64,000 bases of DNA from Bacteroidales bacterium UBA5762 (GCA_002418865.1 DIEY01000072.1:51881-115880); one strand, 5' to 3'. Numbered from the stretch's first letter, positions 8,736 through 18,845 are shown. Program-made: numbers and translations. The notes: a model not told the origin generated them from the sequence alone.

Positions 8736-10799
8736 TTGAAGAAGCTTTTCTATAGTGTTGGTATTGTTTTACTCTTGTTTATTCTTAAGCCATTGAAAGC
8801 TGAAGATGTAAGAGGTAACTTTTTATATCGTCAAAATATAGATGATTTAAAACAAAGTCTTTCTCGGGCTAAAAGTCCTGAATCAAAAATCAGAGCTTAT
8901 TTGTCACTTTCGAAGATGTATCAGATTATTTCTGCCAAGGAGGCCTCAGCCTATGCCGATTCGGCTATAATTTTAAGTCATTCAGCTAAATTACCTTCAC
9001 TTAAAGCCGATGCTTTTTTACTTAAGGCAAGAGTATATATGATTGGTTATGTTACCGACTCGGCGAATCTTTTTTTGGATAGCGCCTATAATGAGGCCTT
9101 AAAATATAAGGCTCATTCGTCACTGGGATATATTTTGACCACACAAGCCATTAAAAGTATGTACGAGAATGATAAAGGTATATTTCTCGATGAAATTAAT
9201 CAGGCTGAAGAATATTTTAAACTTGCTAAAGATTACGAAGGGCTAATATATGCCTATTTAGCAAGAGCAGGATTATTTATTAATTTGGACCTATTCGATG
9301 AGGCCCGGCATGATCTGGATTTAGCCAACGAATTAGCCAATAAGCTAAAGGATCCTTCTTTAAAAATATTCTTATTGCTCAAAGAAGCCGATTTGCTTTC
9401 TGCCCTTGGGAATCATCAACAAGCCATTAGTCTCATCTTGTTAAACATGCCTAATATTCGTAAAGATAGTCTCGTTTACTTAGAAAGCACTTGTTTACGT
9501 TCTATTTCTATGCTTTACATTAAATTAGGAGAATACAATAAGGCTCTTGAATGTGCCTATGAAGCTTACGACAAATGTAAGCCACTGAATTTTAATCTTA
9601 TGGCCTCAGACCTGCTTACTTTAATCGCAAATATTTTTCATCGGACAAATAATTTTGATCTTAGCATAAGATTGAATCATCAGGCAAGAGCACTTCGTTA
9701 TTACAATCATTTCCCGTTGTCCTATTTCAACTCTTGTTATAATCTTGCTGCTTTATATGGGGCTTTAAATCAAATTGACAGTTCCCTTTATTGGCTAAAC
9801 CAAGCCGATATAATAGCTGATCGATACAATAATATAGAGACAAAGGCTTTGACCGCCGAACTGTATTATCAAATCTTTGAGCAGGCTGGACTTTACGAAT
9901 CCGCTATTCATTATTTTCAACTCTGGTCAACATTTAAAGCTCAACGAGACCAAATAGTTACTAAAAATGCTTTTCGTGCCTTAAAAGCTACCCTCGATGT
10001 TCAAAGACAAAAAGAGCAATACCAATTGAATGAAAACCGGGTAAGAAACCGATTAATTTTTTCATATTTACTGGCAGGCCTTACTCTTTTGGCCATCATC
10101 ATTGCCTTTCTTCTTGTCCGATCTTATAAAAATAAGATAAGATTGCAGTATAATCAAATGCGTGAAAGGCTCTTGCGTATGCAAATGAACCCCCATTTCA
10201 TTTTTAATGCTCTAATAGCTATTCAAAGCTACATCTATAAAAATGATTCTTCAAAGGCCATCAATCTACTCGACAATTTTTCGGCTCTTATTCGCTTGTT
10301 CTTAACGTCTTCGTCCAAAGACTTTATACCTCTTTCAGAAGAATTGGACATTATACGATATTATCTCGAAATACAACAAATTCGTTTTGATGATAAATTT
10401 GAATATGAGATAGAAGTGTCACCAAAACTTGAACCCGAAAAAATTGCGATCCCACCATTACTTATTCAACCTTTTATCGAAAACAGTATAGAACATGGGT
10501 TTAATGGAATTAAGATAAAAGGTCAGCTAAAGATTATTTACACCAAGCAAGGGAAAAACTTAATGATTTATGTTTTGGATAACGGTATTGGTTATTGTAG
10601 GAGCATACGTCAGAATCCTAATATGAAAAATCATAAATCTATGGCAATTCCAATAACTAAGCAACGACTCGAGATTTTAAATCGTCGATTTCGCATGGAG
10701 CAGATACAGTTTAGAGTAACTGATAATTCGGCCCCAGGTTCGGTTTATCCAGGCACAAGGATAGAATTTTCAATTCCTCTCATTGATATGAAGATATGA
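8736..10799 (+). CDS. TPR-sensor LytS-type histidine kinase (active-site motifs intact); probable TTG start at 8736 rather than 8607
   Basis: Signal peptide MKKLFYSVGIVLLLFILKPLKA, TPR-like helices, one TM, QMNPHFIFN H-box, QPFIENSIEHG N-box, DNGIG G1 box. Confidence 0.88.
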   Translation: MKKLFYSVGIVLLLFILKPLKAEDVRGNFLYRQNIDDLKQSLSRAKSPESKIRAYLSLSKMYQIISAKEASAYADSAIILSHSAKLPSLKADAFLLKARVYMIGYVTDSANLFLDSAYNEALKYKAHSSLGYILTTQAIKSMYENDKGIFLDEINQAEEYFKLAKDYEGLIYAYLARAGLFINLDLFDEARHDLDLANELANKLKDPSLKIFLLLKEADLLSALGNHQQAISLILLNMPNIRKDSLVYLESTCLRSISMLYIKLGEYNKALECAYEAYDKCKPLNFNLMASDLLTLIANIFHRTNNFDLSIRLNHQARALRYYNHFPLSYFNSCYNLAALYGALNQIDSSLYWLNQADIIADRYNNIETKALTAELYYQIFEQAGLYESAIHYFQLWSTFKAQRDQIVTKNAFRALKATLDVQRQKEQYQLNENRVRNRLIFSYLLAGLTLLAIIIAFLLVRSYKNKIRLQYNQMRERLLRMQMNPHFIFNALIAIQSYIYKNDSSKAINLLDNFSALIRLFLTSSSKDFIPLSEELDIIRYYLEIQQIRFDDKFEYEIEVSPKLEPEKIAIPPLLIQPFIENSIEHGFNGIKIKGQLKIIYTKQGKNLMIYVLDNGIGYCRSIRQNPNMKNHKSMAIPITKQRLEILNRRFRMEQIQFRVTDNSAPGSVYPGTRIEFSIPLIDMKI

Positions 10800-12850
10800 A
10801 CAAAAGCAACATTATCTTATTGGTTGTGTTTTTTTGTTTTTTTTCTTCAGAGCTTTTAGCTCAGCATCTCAGCATGAAGACAGATAGCTTGCAAAATGCT
10901 TTGCCAAGATTAAGAGGAGCTGAGCGCTGGCAAGCTATGATGCAAATTATTGATTATTCTGAAGAATTTAGTAAAAATATTTCCCAAGAATATTCGCATC
11001 TATTGTTCGAAGAAGCAAAAATAGCGAGTGATACCTTATACATGATTGAAGGTTTGTACAACTTGGGAATGGTTGAATATATGGATGGGAATTTTAGTCA
11101 GGCGAATCAGTATTTTGACCAATTGATATTTTTAGCAAAAAAAATGAAAGATCCTGAGTTGTTGGCCAAAAATTATATGAGAATATCGAGAATACTTTCG
11201 CATATGGGCATGACAGATCTGGCCTTCAATTATCTTGAACAATCTATCGTTCTATTAAGAAATTCGTCTGATATATACCTAATAATCAGTTTAATGCAAA
11301 ACATTGCCCAGGAATATTACCGCTTGGGACTCTATCAAGAAGCTATAGAAATTTATAGAATGTCGAAAATCTTCTTAATACCTCAACTTCCAGCAGAAGA
11401 CATATCAAGGGCTGACTTTTACAGGAATTATGCCTATGCATTATGTATGAATGATTATCTTACCGATGCATTATATTATGCAGATAAGTCTCGCGAAATA
11501 GTCAAGAAAAATAATTCCAAAGAAGACCTCTTTAATTTAGATAGATTGTATGGCCTCATTTATAGTAAAATGCAAAAAATTGAGCATGTTGTTCAATATC
11601 TTGATCCGGTTTCTGTACAAACCGAAAAATATAGTTACTTGTTGAAGAGCTCTTATATCCATAATGAACTCGCTCACTACTTGCAGCAAGCAGGCGAATA
11701 TTCCCATGCCTTAGAGCATCAATTGAAATCGTTGCGCTTGCGGCAAAAAGTTGGTTTCAATTCGGTAATATGCATTGCCTATATCAATTATGGCGATGCC
11801 TTGATGAAAGCTAACAAGATGGATTCTGCTTTTTTGTATCTCTCGATGGGCAAAGATATGGCTTCATCAATGGATTTTAAATCAGAATTAAAAAGAGCTT
11901 ATGAAAAATTGGGAAGTTACTATGTGCAAACTCAGCAGTTCGGGAAGGCTTTATACTTTATTAAAGAGGCTAGAGAATTTGAAAATATAGAAGCCAACAT
12001 TCAATCGGAACAACAACGTAAACTTCTGGCCTTAAATACAGAAGTTCAATCCTATAACGAAAAAAATCTCAGTCTAAAAGACATAGAATCGAAACAAAAC
12101 ATCTTCTTTGTTTTGATTGGGGGGATTATTTTGTTATTGATTATTACACTTTGGCTGTATTTTTTTAATCATAGACGCGAAGACTTTCTAAAAAGTACTG
12201 AAATAAAACAGAAGATATTGGCTTTACAACTTAACCCAGCTTTTATTTTCAATATGTTAGTTGGAATTCGTGGAATTATCGAGCATGGAAGAACTGAGGA
12301 AGCCTCGCAATATTTAACGGGTTTCGCCAAACTGATTAGAGTAATTTTGGTAAGCCCGCAATATAATTATCAATTTATTGATAAAGAGATAGATGTGTTG
12401 AACAATTATCTCGAACTACAAAAAATACGTTTTGCCGACCTCTTAACGTATGACATTCAGGTTGATACTTCTTTCGACTCGTCACGTATAGGAATGCCAT
12501 CGTTTTTATGCCATCCCCTACTCGAAAACTTTTTCAACTCTATTGCTTCCAAAAACGATAAACCCCTTCACGTATCTGTCAATTTTCAACAAGGGAATGG
12601 TAATATGTTGGCTTCTATAAAAATATCACTTGACAAAGAGATTTATGACAAAAATCCGGGCTCTCCATGGCTCGAAGAGCTTAAACCTGTTCTTGAGCTC
12701 ATCAAGGAAAAAATAATCATTATCCAAAAGTCGAAGAAGACTTCTAAAACGATATATAAGACAGAAGAAATTGTAGAGAATGGAAATTATAACCTGATAA
12801 TGCACATTTATGCTCCTGTTTCTACTGAAATGAAATCAGAAGCATCTTAA
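10796..12850 (+). CDS. TPR-sensor LytS-like kinase paralogue with degenerate catalytic motifs (probable pseudokinase)
   Basis: Same architecture and size as the upstream kinase, but H-box reads QLNPAFIFN, N-box reads ENFFNS, and there is no DxGxG; ATGA overlap with the upstream gene. Confidence 0.8.
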   Translation: MNKSNIILLVVFFCFFSSELLAQHLSMKTDSLQNALPRLRGAERWQAMMQIIDYSEEFSKNISQEYSHLLFEEAKIASDTLYMIEGLYNLGMVEYMDGNFSQANQYFDQLIFLAKKMKDPELLAKNYMRISRILSHMGMTDLAFNYLEQSIVLLRNSSDIYLIISLMQNIAQEYYRLGLYQEAIEIYRMSKIFLIPQLPAEDISRADFYRNYAYALCMNDYLTDALYYADKSREIVKKNNSKEDLFNLDRLYGLIYSKMQKIEHVVQYLDPVSVQTEKYSYLLKSSYIHNELAHYLQQAGEYSHALEHQLKSLRLRQKVGFNSVICIAYINYGDALMKANKMDSAFLYLSMGKDMASSMDFKSELKRAYEKLGSYYVQTQQFGKALYFIKEAREFENIEANIQSEQQRKLLALNTEVQSYNEKNLSLKDIESKQNIFFVLIGGIILLLIITLWLYFFNHRREDFLKSTEIKQKILALQLNPAFIFNMLVGIRGIIEHGRTEEASQYLTGFAKLIRVILVSPQYNYQFIDKEIDVLNNYLELQKIRFADLLTYDIQVDTSFDSSRIGMPSFLCHPLLENFFNSIASKNDKPLHVSVNFQQGNGNMLASIKISLDKEIYDKNPGSPWLEELKPVLELIKEKIIIIQKSKKTSKTIYKTEEIVENGNYNLIMHIYAPVSTEMKSEAS

Positions 12851-13018
12851 GACGAATTTTGAGGTTATGGCGATTATATGACGATTTCCTTATTAAGGAA
12901 GCCGAATTCGTATTTCTGAATTTATGGGTTAAGGTTATTCGAATTTTCAGAGAAATAATTTGTTATTGTTAGAATATATTTCTAATTTTATCCATTCATT
13001 TAAAACCACTTAAGAGCC

Positions 13019-13777
13019 ATGCGAATCATCGTTGTGGATGATGAAAAATTAGCCAGAGATGCGATAATAAAGATTGGTAATCAGAGAATTGCGGATTTCG
13101 AAGTAGTAGCTCAGGCAGGCAGTATACATGAAGCTCAGCAAGCTATTTTACAACATCAACCCGATCTGCTTCTGCTCGATATTCAGCTTCTCGATGGTAG
13201 TGGTTTCGATTTATTAGCCTTATTTCCCTCGCCTCTAAAATTTAAAGTTATCTTTATCACGGCTTACGAAGAATATGCCATCAAGGCTTTTAAGGCGAGT
13301 GCCCTGGATTATTTATTGAAACCTATTGATGCCGATGAATTTGTAAAAAGCATCAATAAAGTAAAATATCAGCTCAACCTCGAAACTTTCAACAAAAGCT
13401 TTCAAACTTTCATTCATCTATACCATGCCAATATTGGTGAACAAAATCAGCCTATAATTATTCATTCCCATTCATCCCTTATCCGCCTTCTCCCAAGTGA
13501 GATTTCCCGAATAGAAGAAGAGGGCAATTATGCCAATATTTTTTTATTATCGGGTGAAGTTGTAAAAGTAACACGAACTCTTAACAGTTTAGAGGAAGAA
13601 TTAAAATCGAGGGGTTTTTTACGGACCCATAAATCGCATCTTGTGAATATTCAATATATTAAAACTTTCCATTCCAAAGAATTAAATATTGTGATGGTTG
13701 ATGGTATAAAAGTTCCTGTTTCGTTTCGAAAGCGTTCTCAGGTTTCTATGTCCATTACCCAATGGTGTAAGATGTAA
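13019..13777 (+). CDS. LytTR family response regulator
   Basis: Receiver domain (VVDDE, LLLDIQ, FITAY, LKP) plus LytTR domain (FLRTHKSHLVNI, VPVS). Confidence 0.95.
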   Translation: MRIIVVDDEKLARDAIIKIGNQRIADFEVVAQAGSIHEAQQAILQHQPDLLLLDIQLLDGSGFDLLALFPSPLKFKVIFITAYEEYAIKAFKASALDYLLKPIDADEFVKSINKVKYQLNLETFNKSFQTFIHLYHANIGEQNQPIIIHSHSSLIRLLPSEISRIEEEGNYANIFLLSGEVVKVTRTLNSLEEELKSRGFLRTHKSHLVNIQYIKTFHSKELNIVMVDGIKVPVSFRKRSQVSMSITQWCKM

Positions 13778-13780
13778 CTT

Positions 13781-14860
13781 ATGGAAGATTATTCGGCTGT
13801 AGCAAAATATTCTGTATTCGATGATACATTGCGATTCTACAATGCTTTGCTTTCTGATATTGAAAATGCCACGAGGTATATTTACATTGAGATTTATCGG
13901 TTTACTTATCATAGTTTGGGGAAAAAGTTCAGAGATACCTTATTAAAGAAAGTCCATCAGGGTGTTAAGGTGAGAATGCTTTTAGACTCATGGGGAACTT
14001 CACCAAATCAAGAATTTTTTTCACCCCTAACAAGGGCTGGTGCTGAGGTTAGATTTTTCGAGAAAATTCGTTTCAATTTAGATTATTTTACACGCAGTCA
14101 CAGGCGTAATCATCGTAAAATTATTGTCGTAGACGATCAAATTCTTTATCTTGGTTCCGCTAACATCACCGATTATAACGTGGTTTGGCGCGAACTCATC
14201 GTGAGAATGGAAGGGGAACTTGCAAGCGTTTTTAAGGACATCTTCAATTCCATGTTTGATATTTATAATCGTTATTTAATTTACTCACCCGAGCTTACTG
14301 CGCCCATCACATATAAAGGATTCGACATCATTCGCGATGTACCTTCTCAGCGTCATCAAAATATCAAAAAACATTTCATAAAATTGATTCATTCGGCTCA
14401 TAAAAGCATTTTCATCGAAACACCTTATTTCTTGCCCTCTTTCCTTTTGCGTTCCGCCCTTATTAAAGCCGCTAAAAAGGGCGTAAAGGTTTTTGTTTTA
14501 CTACCAAAACATTCCGATGTTCGGCTTGTTGACTTGCTTCGGAACAAGTATCTTGGCCCTTTAACCGAAAAAGGAATTAAATTTTTTATGTATATCCCTC
14601 AAAATCTTCATTCAAAACTTTTATTGGTCGATGATAATTCCTTTGCCTTTGGTTCACCTAATTTTGATTACCGTAGCTTTAGCTTTCAGCACGAAATTGT
14701 TTTGAGCGGCCATGACCCACGATTGATAAAACTTTTGAAGGAACATGTAAATGAAACCCTTCAGGATTCTGAACCTTTCGATTATTTACGCTGGAAAAGA
14801 CGTCCTTATATAGAAAAAATTTTTGAATGGCTCATCGTTCCATTCAGGCAGCTTCTTTAA
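13781..14860 (+). CDS. Phospholipase D superfamily protein, cardiolipin synthase-like, lacking N-terminal TM helices
   Basis: Two HKD motifs (NHRKIIVVD...GSANI; LHSKLLLVD...GSPNF) and ETPYF. Confidence 0.88.
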   Translation: MEDYSAVAKYSVFDDTLRFYNALLSDIENATRYIYIEIYRFTYHSLGKKFRDTLLKKVHQGVKVRMLLDSWGTSPNQEFFSPLTRAGAEVRFFEKIRFNLDYFTRSHRRNHRKIIVVDDQILYLGSANITDYNVVWRELIVRMEGELASVFKDIFNSMFDIYNRYLIYSPELTAPITYKGFDIIRDVPSQRHQNIKKHFIKLIHSAHKSIFIETPYFLPSFLLRSALIKAAKKGVKVFVLLPKHSDVRLVDLLRNKYLGPLTEKGIKFFMYIPQNLHSKLLLVDDNSFAFGSPNFDYRSFSFQHEIVLSGHDPRLIKLLKEHVNETLQDSEPFDYLRWKRRPYIEKIFEWLIVPFRQLL

Positions 14861-14965
14861 AATGAAAATGAATAAATGCTATCTCTGATCTTATCGCCGA
14901 TTGTACTTTCTCAATAATCGTATTCATCTCCAAACTCTAAAAAAGATGAGAGAATTTCTATCTTG

Positions 14966-15529
14966 CTATTTTAGCAATGTGTTTTTAATTTTTCCGGCTT
15001 TATAGAATCTTTGCCTGAAGTAAGCTTCTTCCATATTGCTAATCATTACTCCTTTAATGGAGGATGCGTGCACGAATTTGCCATTCCCTAAATAAATACC
15101 TACATGAAATTCTTTTTCCTTTTCTATTTCATAAAAAACCAGATCACCCGGTTGCAAACTATTTTCTTCAATGACCTGAATAATGGAGAGAAGTTCTGTG
15201 GTAGATCGAGGCAAGTTAATTTGAAAGGCTTCTTTGTAAATAGCACTTACCAATCCCGAACAGTCCACACCAGATTTGCTGGTACCACCATACCGATAGG
15301 GCACACCTATCCATGATTTCACAACACTATCCAGAACTTGAGATTTTGTATCGAAACTCCCCAGTTTTTCAGATGGTTCAATCCTATTTTTGGGTGCGTT
15401 AACCCTTTTTGCAATAGAACAACCCGAGACCAAACCCCCAAATAATAAAACTGATAGGATTAGTCGTATAGCACTGACTATTATTTTGTTAAAATCATTA
15501 TTCGATTTTATGTAATGCTTATTTTGCAT
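14966..15529 (-). CDS. NlpC/P60 (C40) lipoprotein; start probably 15529
   Basis: Lipobox VSGC; WIGVPYRYGG, DCSG, HVGIY and FVHAS catalytic motifs. The ORF-track start at 15580 lies inside the hsp20 terminator. Confidence 0.88.
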   Translation of the reverse strand: MQNKHYIKSNNDFNKIIVSAIRLILSVLLFGGLVSGCSIAKRVNAPKNRIEPSEKLGSFDTKSQVLDSVVKSWIGVPYRYGGTSKSGVDCSGLVSAIYKEAFQINLPRSTTELLSIIQVIEENSLQPGDLVFYEIEKEKEFHVGIYLGNGKFVHASSIKGVMISNMEEAYFRQRFYKAGKIKNTLLK

Positions 15530-15550
15530 GGCAATATTCGTCATGCAATA

Positions 15551-15584
15551 ATAAAAAAATGGGATGTTCCTTTGAAACACCCCA
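15551..15584 (-). terminator. Intrinsic terminator of hsp20
   Basis: mRNA UGGGGUGUU-UCAAAGG-AACAUCCCA followed by UUUUUUUAU, 20 nt after the hsp20 stop. Confidence 0.85.
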
Positions 15585-15604
15585 GTTATTAAAGTTTCTT
15601 AAAT

Positions 15605-16036
15605 TTACTGTATAGCAATTTGTTTGCTAATGGTTAATTCTTCACGTTTAGGAAGAATTACATGCAAAATGCCGTCCTTGTAATCAGCAGAGATCTTTTC
15701 GGTATCTATGCTGTTTGGAAGACTGAATGAACGAGTGAATTTTCCAAAAGCAAATTCCTGTCTCAGGCATTCCATTTTCTTTTCTTCTTTTTCTTTAGCT
15801 TTCGAAACATCAGACGAAATCCTTAATACATTGTTTTCTACCGTAATCTTAAAATCATTTTTCGAGAAACCTGGCGCAGCTAACTCAATTTCAAAAGTTT
15901 TGTCAGTTTCGATGATGTTTACAGCAGGGACATTGTAATAATAATTTGTTCCTTCACTTTCTCCTTTTTCGCTTTCGAAAAGATTATCAACTAAATCGAA
16001 GAGATTCGGAAAATTTTTCCAACGCATCATAGCCAT
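15605..16036 (-). CDS. Hsp20/alpha-crystallin small heat-shock protein
   Basis: PAVNIIE, ELAAPGF, FTRSFSLP, SADYKDGILHVILPK. Confidence 0.95.
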   Translation of the reverse strand: MAMMRWKNFPNLFDLVDNLFESEKGESEGTNYYYNVPAVNIIETDKTFEIELAAPGFSKNDFKITVENNVLRISSDVSKAKEKEEKKMECLRQEFAFGKFTRSFSLPNSIDTEKISADYKDGILHVILPKREELTISKQIAIQ

Positions 16037-16093
16037 AATTTTTCCTCCCTTATTTTAATGTTAGACAATCTATTAATTTGTAAGAATAATAGG

Positions 16094-16108
16094 TCAATTC
16101 CTATGCCA
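16094..16108 (-). promoter_or_regulatory. Sigma54-like -24/-12 element upstream of hsp20
   Basis: Minus strand TGGCATAGGAATTGA (GG-N10-GA); no TAnnTTTG box found near this start. Confidence 0.45.
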
Positions 16109-16571
16109 TGAGGAAAAGTGAAAAAATATACGTCATTATGGCATAATGCTCTCTAATATTTACTGCCGTAATGTCTTACTGCTGAATCATACTAAGCTAA
16201 ACAATTGAAAATCAGCAAAAATTATTCTCAAACAAAAAATGAGAAGATGAGAGACAAATTAACGAAGAGAATGAGAAATTTGGAGGTTGGAGGTTAGAAG
16301 TTTGAGTTTGTGAAGAAAAACGAATGAATTGCGACCTAATGGTTTTAAAAACCCCTTACGGCTTTGAAATTAACACCGATTTCTCTGTTGCCTCAAAAAT
16401 CTGTAAGCTCTATTCAGAAATGTAGCACCGATACCTTTGTAGCCACTGAAAATAAGCTATATACATTCTTATAGTTCTCTATTTAGGGTAAAAATAAGGC
16501 TAAAATCGGCCAACTATATTTAGGAATCCATAACTCATCATTCTCGATACTCGATCCACGTGGCTCCAGCC

Positions 16572-16602
16572 ACTTTTCAAAATTTCAACTTTATGAACTT
16601 TC
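16572..16602 (-). repeat. Dispersed 31-bp repeat, copy 2
   Basis: Minus strand GAAAGTTCATAAAGTTGAAATTTTGAAAAGT. Confidence 0.75.
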
Positions 16603-16679
16603 TACTCGCCAATCTCCGGCCACCATACACCAAGAGAGACAATTCGAAAAAGATCCAGTCTACGCATTTTACTGGGCGC

Positions 16680-18845
16680 TTATCTTTCGTATTTGATACT
16701 TAATTCACGCATAATATGATGGCTATGTGCATACTTATCGATGAGAAACAATACATAACGAATATCGACATTGATAGTACGTTGTAACTCGGGTTCATAG
16801 GCAATATCACCACTCATGGCCTCCCAGTTTCCATCGAAAGCCAACCCGATTAATTCTCCATCCCCATTCAAAACCGGACTACCACTGTTCCCACCCGTTA
16901 TATCATTATTTGTCAAGAAACAAGTTACCACAGTATCATTTTTATAATAAGGCGAAAAATATTTTTGGTTAAAAACCTCTTTTAAGCGTGATGGAACTTG
17001 AAAATCGGGATTAGATGGGTCTTCTTTTTCTAGAATACCAAAATGGGTTGTAAAGTAATTGTATTCTATTGCATCAGCAGCCTGATAATCCTGAATAGTC
17101 CCATAAGTTAATCTCAAAGTTTGGTTGGCATCGGGATAAAATGATCTATTGGGATACATCAGTTGGACTGCCTCAACATACAATCTTTTGTTTCTTTTTA
17201 GTTGATCTCTGGCTTCAACATTCATAGTTTCGATTTTCCTGCTCATCTCTTTGAAAGCCACAGCCAACTGGTAGATAGGATCATCTTTGACGATGTTAAT
17301 GGAAGGATTGTTCAGAAATTTAGTGAAGGATTCCATACTCGAGAAGATTGACTTTTGATAGACTTCATCGGCATATTTATCCCATTGGCCTTTGTATTTC
17401 TTATTGGCCGACAAAAGAACTTGAGGTACAAATTGAGGATCCATATCATTATAATACATACTCATCATGGCAGCAAAAAGCCTTTTATCCGTTGATTGAT
17501 CAAAATTTCTGAAAAAAGAATCGCCCATTTCTTTTGCACTGAGAAGTAAGTTTTCGAGTAGATTATTCCTGTTTTTGTTAACACTTTGATTGATAAGTGA
17601 TTCGGAACGAGAAGCGAATGAAATAATTTCAGGCCCAAAGGCAGCTTCTCGAATATAAACCAGAGGTTTTGCCGTTTGATTGAGCAGCTGATAAGCTTGT
17701 TCGAAACCTGTAAGAACCCCTCCATACTTTTCATGTCGTTGAGGATCGGCGCTTACCCAATCGGCAAATTCTTTTTCCTGCTGTTTTTTCTTTTCATAGA
17801 CCTTTAATCGTTTCAATTGCTTGTTCTGGCCGATATAATATTTCCAGTAATTAGAGATTCCGGCATATTTGGCAGCATACTTTATCCTTATTTCATCATT
17901 TGCTGCCATACTGTTTCGAAGTATTTCGAGTTTCTTATCGCGTATTTTTATTATGGAAGGATTAGTAAGATTCATTGCTTGAGCGACTCCCCAAGAGGTA
18001 GCATAGCGGTCGGTGCGACCAGGATAACCCATAATCATAGCAAAATCGCCTTTTTTGATACCTCCTGCATTAATTGTCAAGTATCGTTTAGCTTTGAGCG
18101 GTATATTATTTACTTGATAAGTTGCAGGTTTCCCACTGGGGCTTGTATAAATTCGAAAAACCGAGAAATCGCCAGTATGCCTTGGCCACATCCAGTTATC
18201 GGTATCCCCGCCAAATTTTCCTATAGCAGTAGGAGGTGCACCTACCAGTCGAATATCTTTATAGGTTTGATAAACAAATAAATAATATTGATTCCCAGCA
18301 TAAAATTCTTTGATTACTCCTGCCATTCCATCCTGAGCGGGGATGGCTTCAAGAAGACGTTTTTCATTGAATTTCAAAATAGAATCGAATTGATTTTCGG
18401 GCATTTGAAAGTTTACACCCTCAAGCATTTCATTTGTAACATCTGTAACATTTATAAGAAATTGGACAGTGAGGCCAGCTATAGGAATTTCTTCCTTTAA
18501 ATTTCTTGCCCAAAATCCTTCTTTTAAATAATCATTTTCAATGGAGCTTGAACTCTGGATAGCTCCAAATCCACAATGATGATTCGTAAAAATAAGACCA
18601 TCGGCCGAAACGACTTCTCCCGTACATCCACGGCCAAAAATTACAATCGCATCCTTCAGGCTCGAATGATTGATATTGTATATATCCTCGGCCGAAAGCT
18701 TCAAACCCATGGACTGCATATTCTCAATCTGAATCTGATCAAGCAGATAGGGAAGCCACATTCCTTCATCTGCATAAAGGTTTAGGCTAAAAACTAAGCC
18801 TAATAAAAAAGTGAAAATATTACGTTTAATGTGATTCATTTTCAA
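16680..18845 (-). CDS. dpp7: S46 family dipeptidyl peptidase, DPP7-type
   Basis: Mature N-terminus DEGMW, TNHHCG, DITGGNSGSPV; GLAFDGNWE has Gly at the S1 position (Arg in DPP11). Confidence 0.9.
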   Translation of the reverse strand: MKMNHIKRNIFTFLLGLVFSLNLYADEGMWLPYLLDQIQIENMQSMGLKLSAEDIYNINHSSLKDAIVIFGRGCTGEVVSADGLIFTNHHCGFGAIQSSSSIENDYLKEGFWARNLKEEIPIAGLTVQFLINVTDVTNEMLEGVNFQMPENQFDSILKFNEKRLLEAIPAQDGMAGVIKEFYAGNQYYLFVYQTYKDIRLVGAPPTAIGKFGGDTDNWMWPRHTGDFSVFRIYTSPSGKPATYQVNNIPLKAKRYLTINAGGIKKGDFAMIMGYPGRTDRYATSWGVAQAMNLTNPSIIKIRDKKLEILRNSMAANDEIRIKYAAKYAGISNYWKYYIGQNKQLKRLKVYEKKKQQEKEFADWVSADPQRHEKYGGVLTGFEQAYQLLNQTAKPLVYIREAAFGPEIISFASRSESLINQSVNKNRNNLLENLLLSAKEMGDSFFRNFDQSTDKRLFAAMMSMYYNDMDPQFVPQVLLSANKKYKGQWDKYADEVYQKSIFSSMESFTKFLNNPSINIVKDDPIYQLAVAFKEMSRKIETMNVEARDQLKRNKRLYVEAVQLMYPNRSFYPDANQTLRLTYGTIQDYQAADAIEYNYFTTHFGILEKEDPSNPDFQVPSRLKEVFNQKYFSPYYKNDTVVTCFLTNNDITGGNSGSPVLNGDGELIGLAFDGNWEAMSGDIAYEPELQRTINVDIRYVLFLIDKYAHSHHIMRELSIKYER

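Noticed and set aside
12851-12950. Repeated CGA(A)TT words upstream of the LytTR gene, one pair 21 bp apart
   Set aside because: Too short and irregular to call a LytTR direct-repeat site by eye
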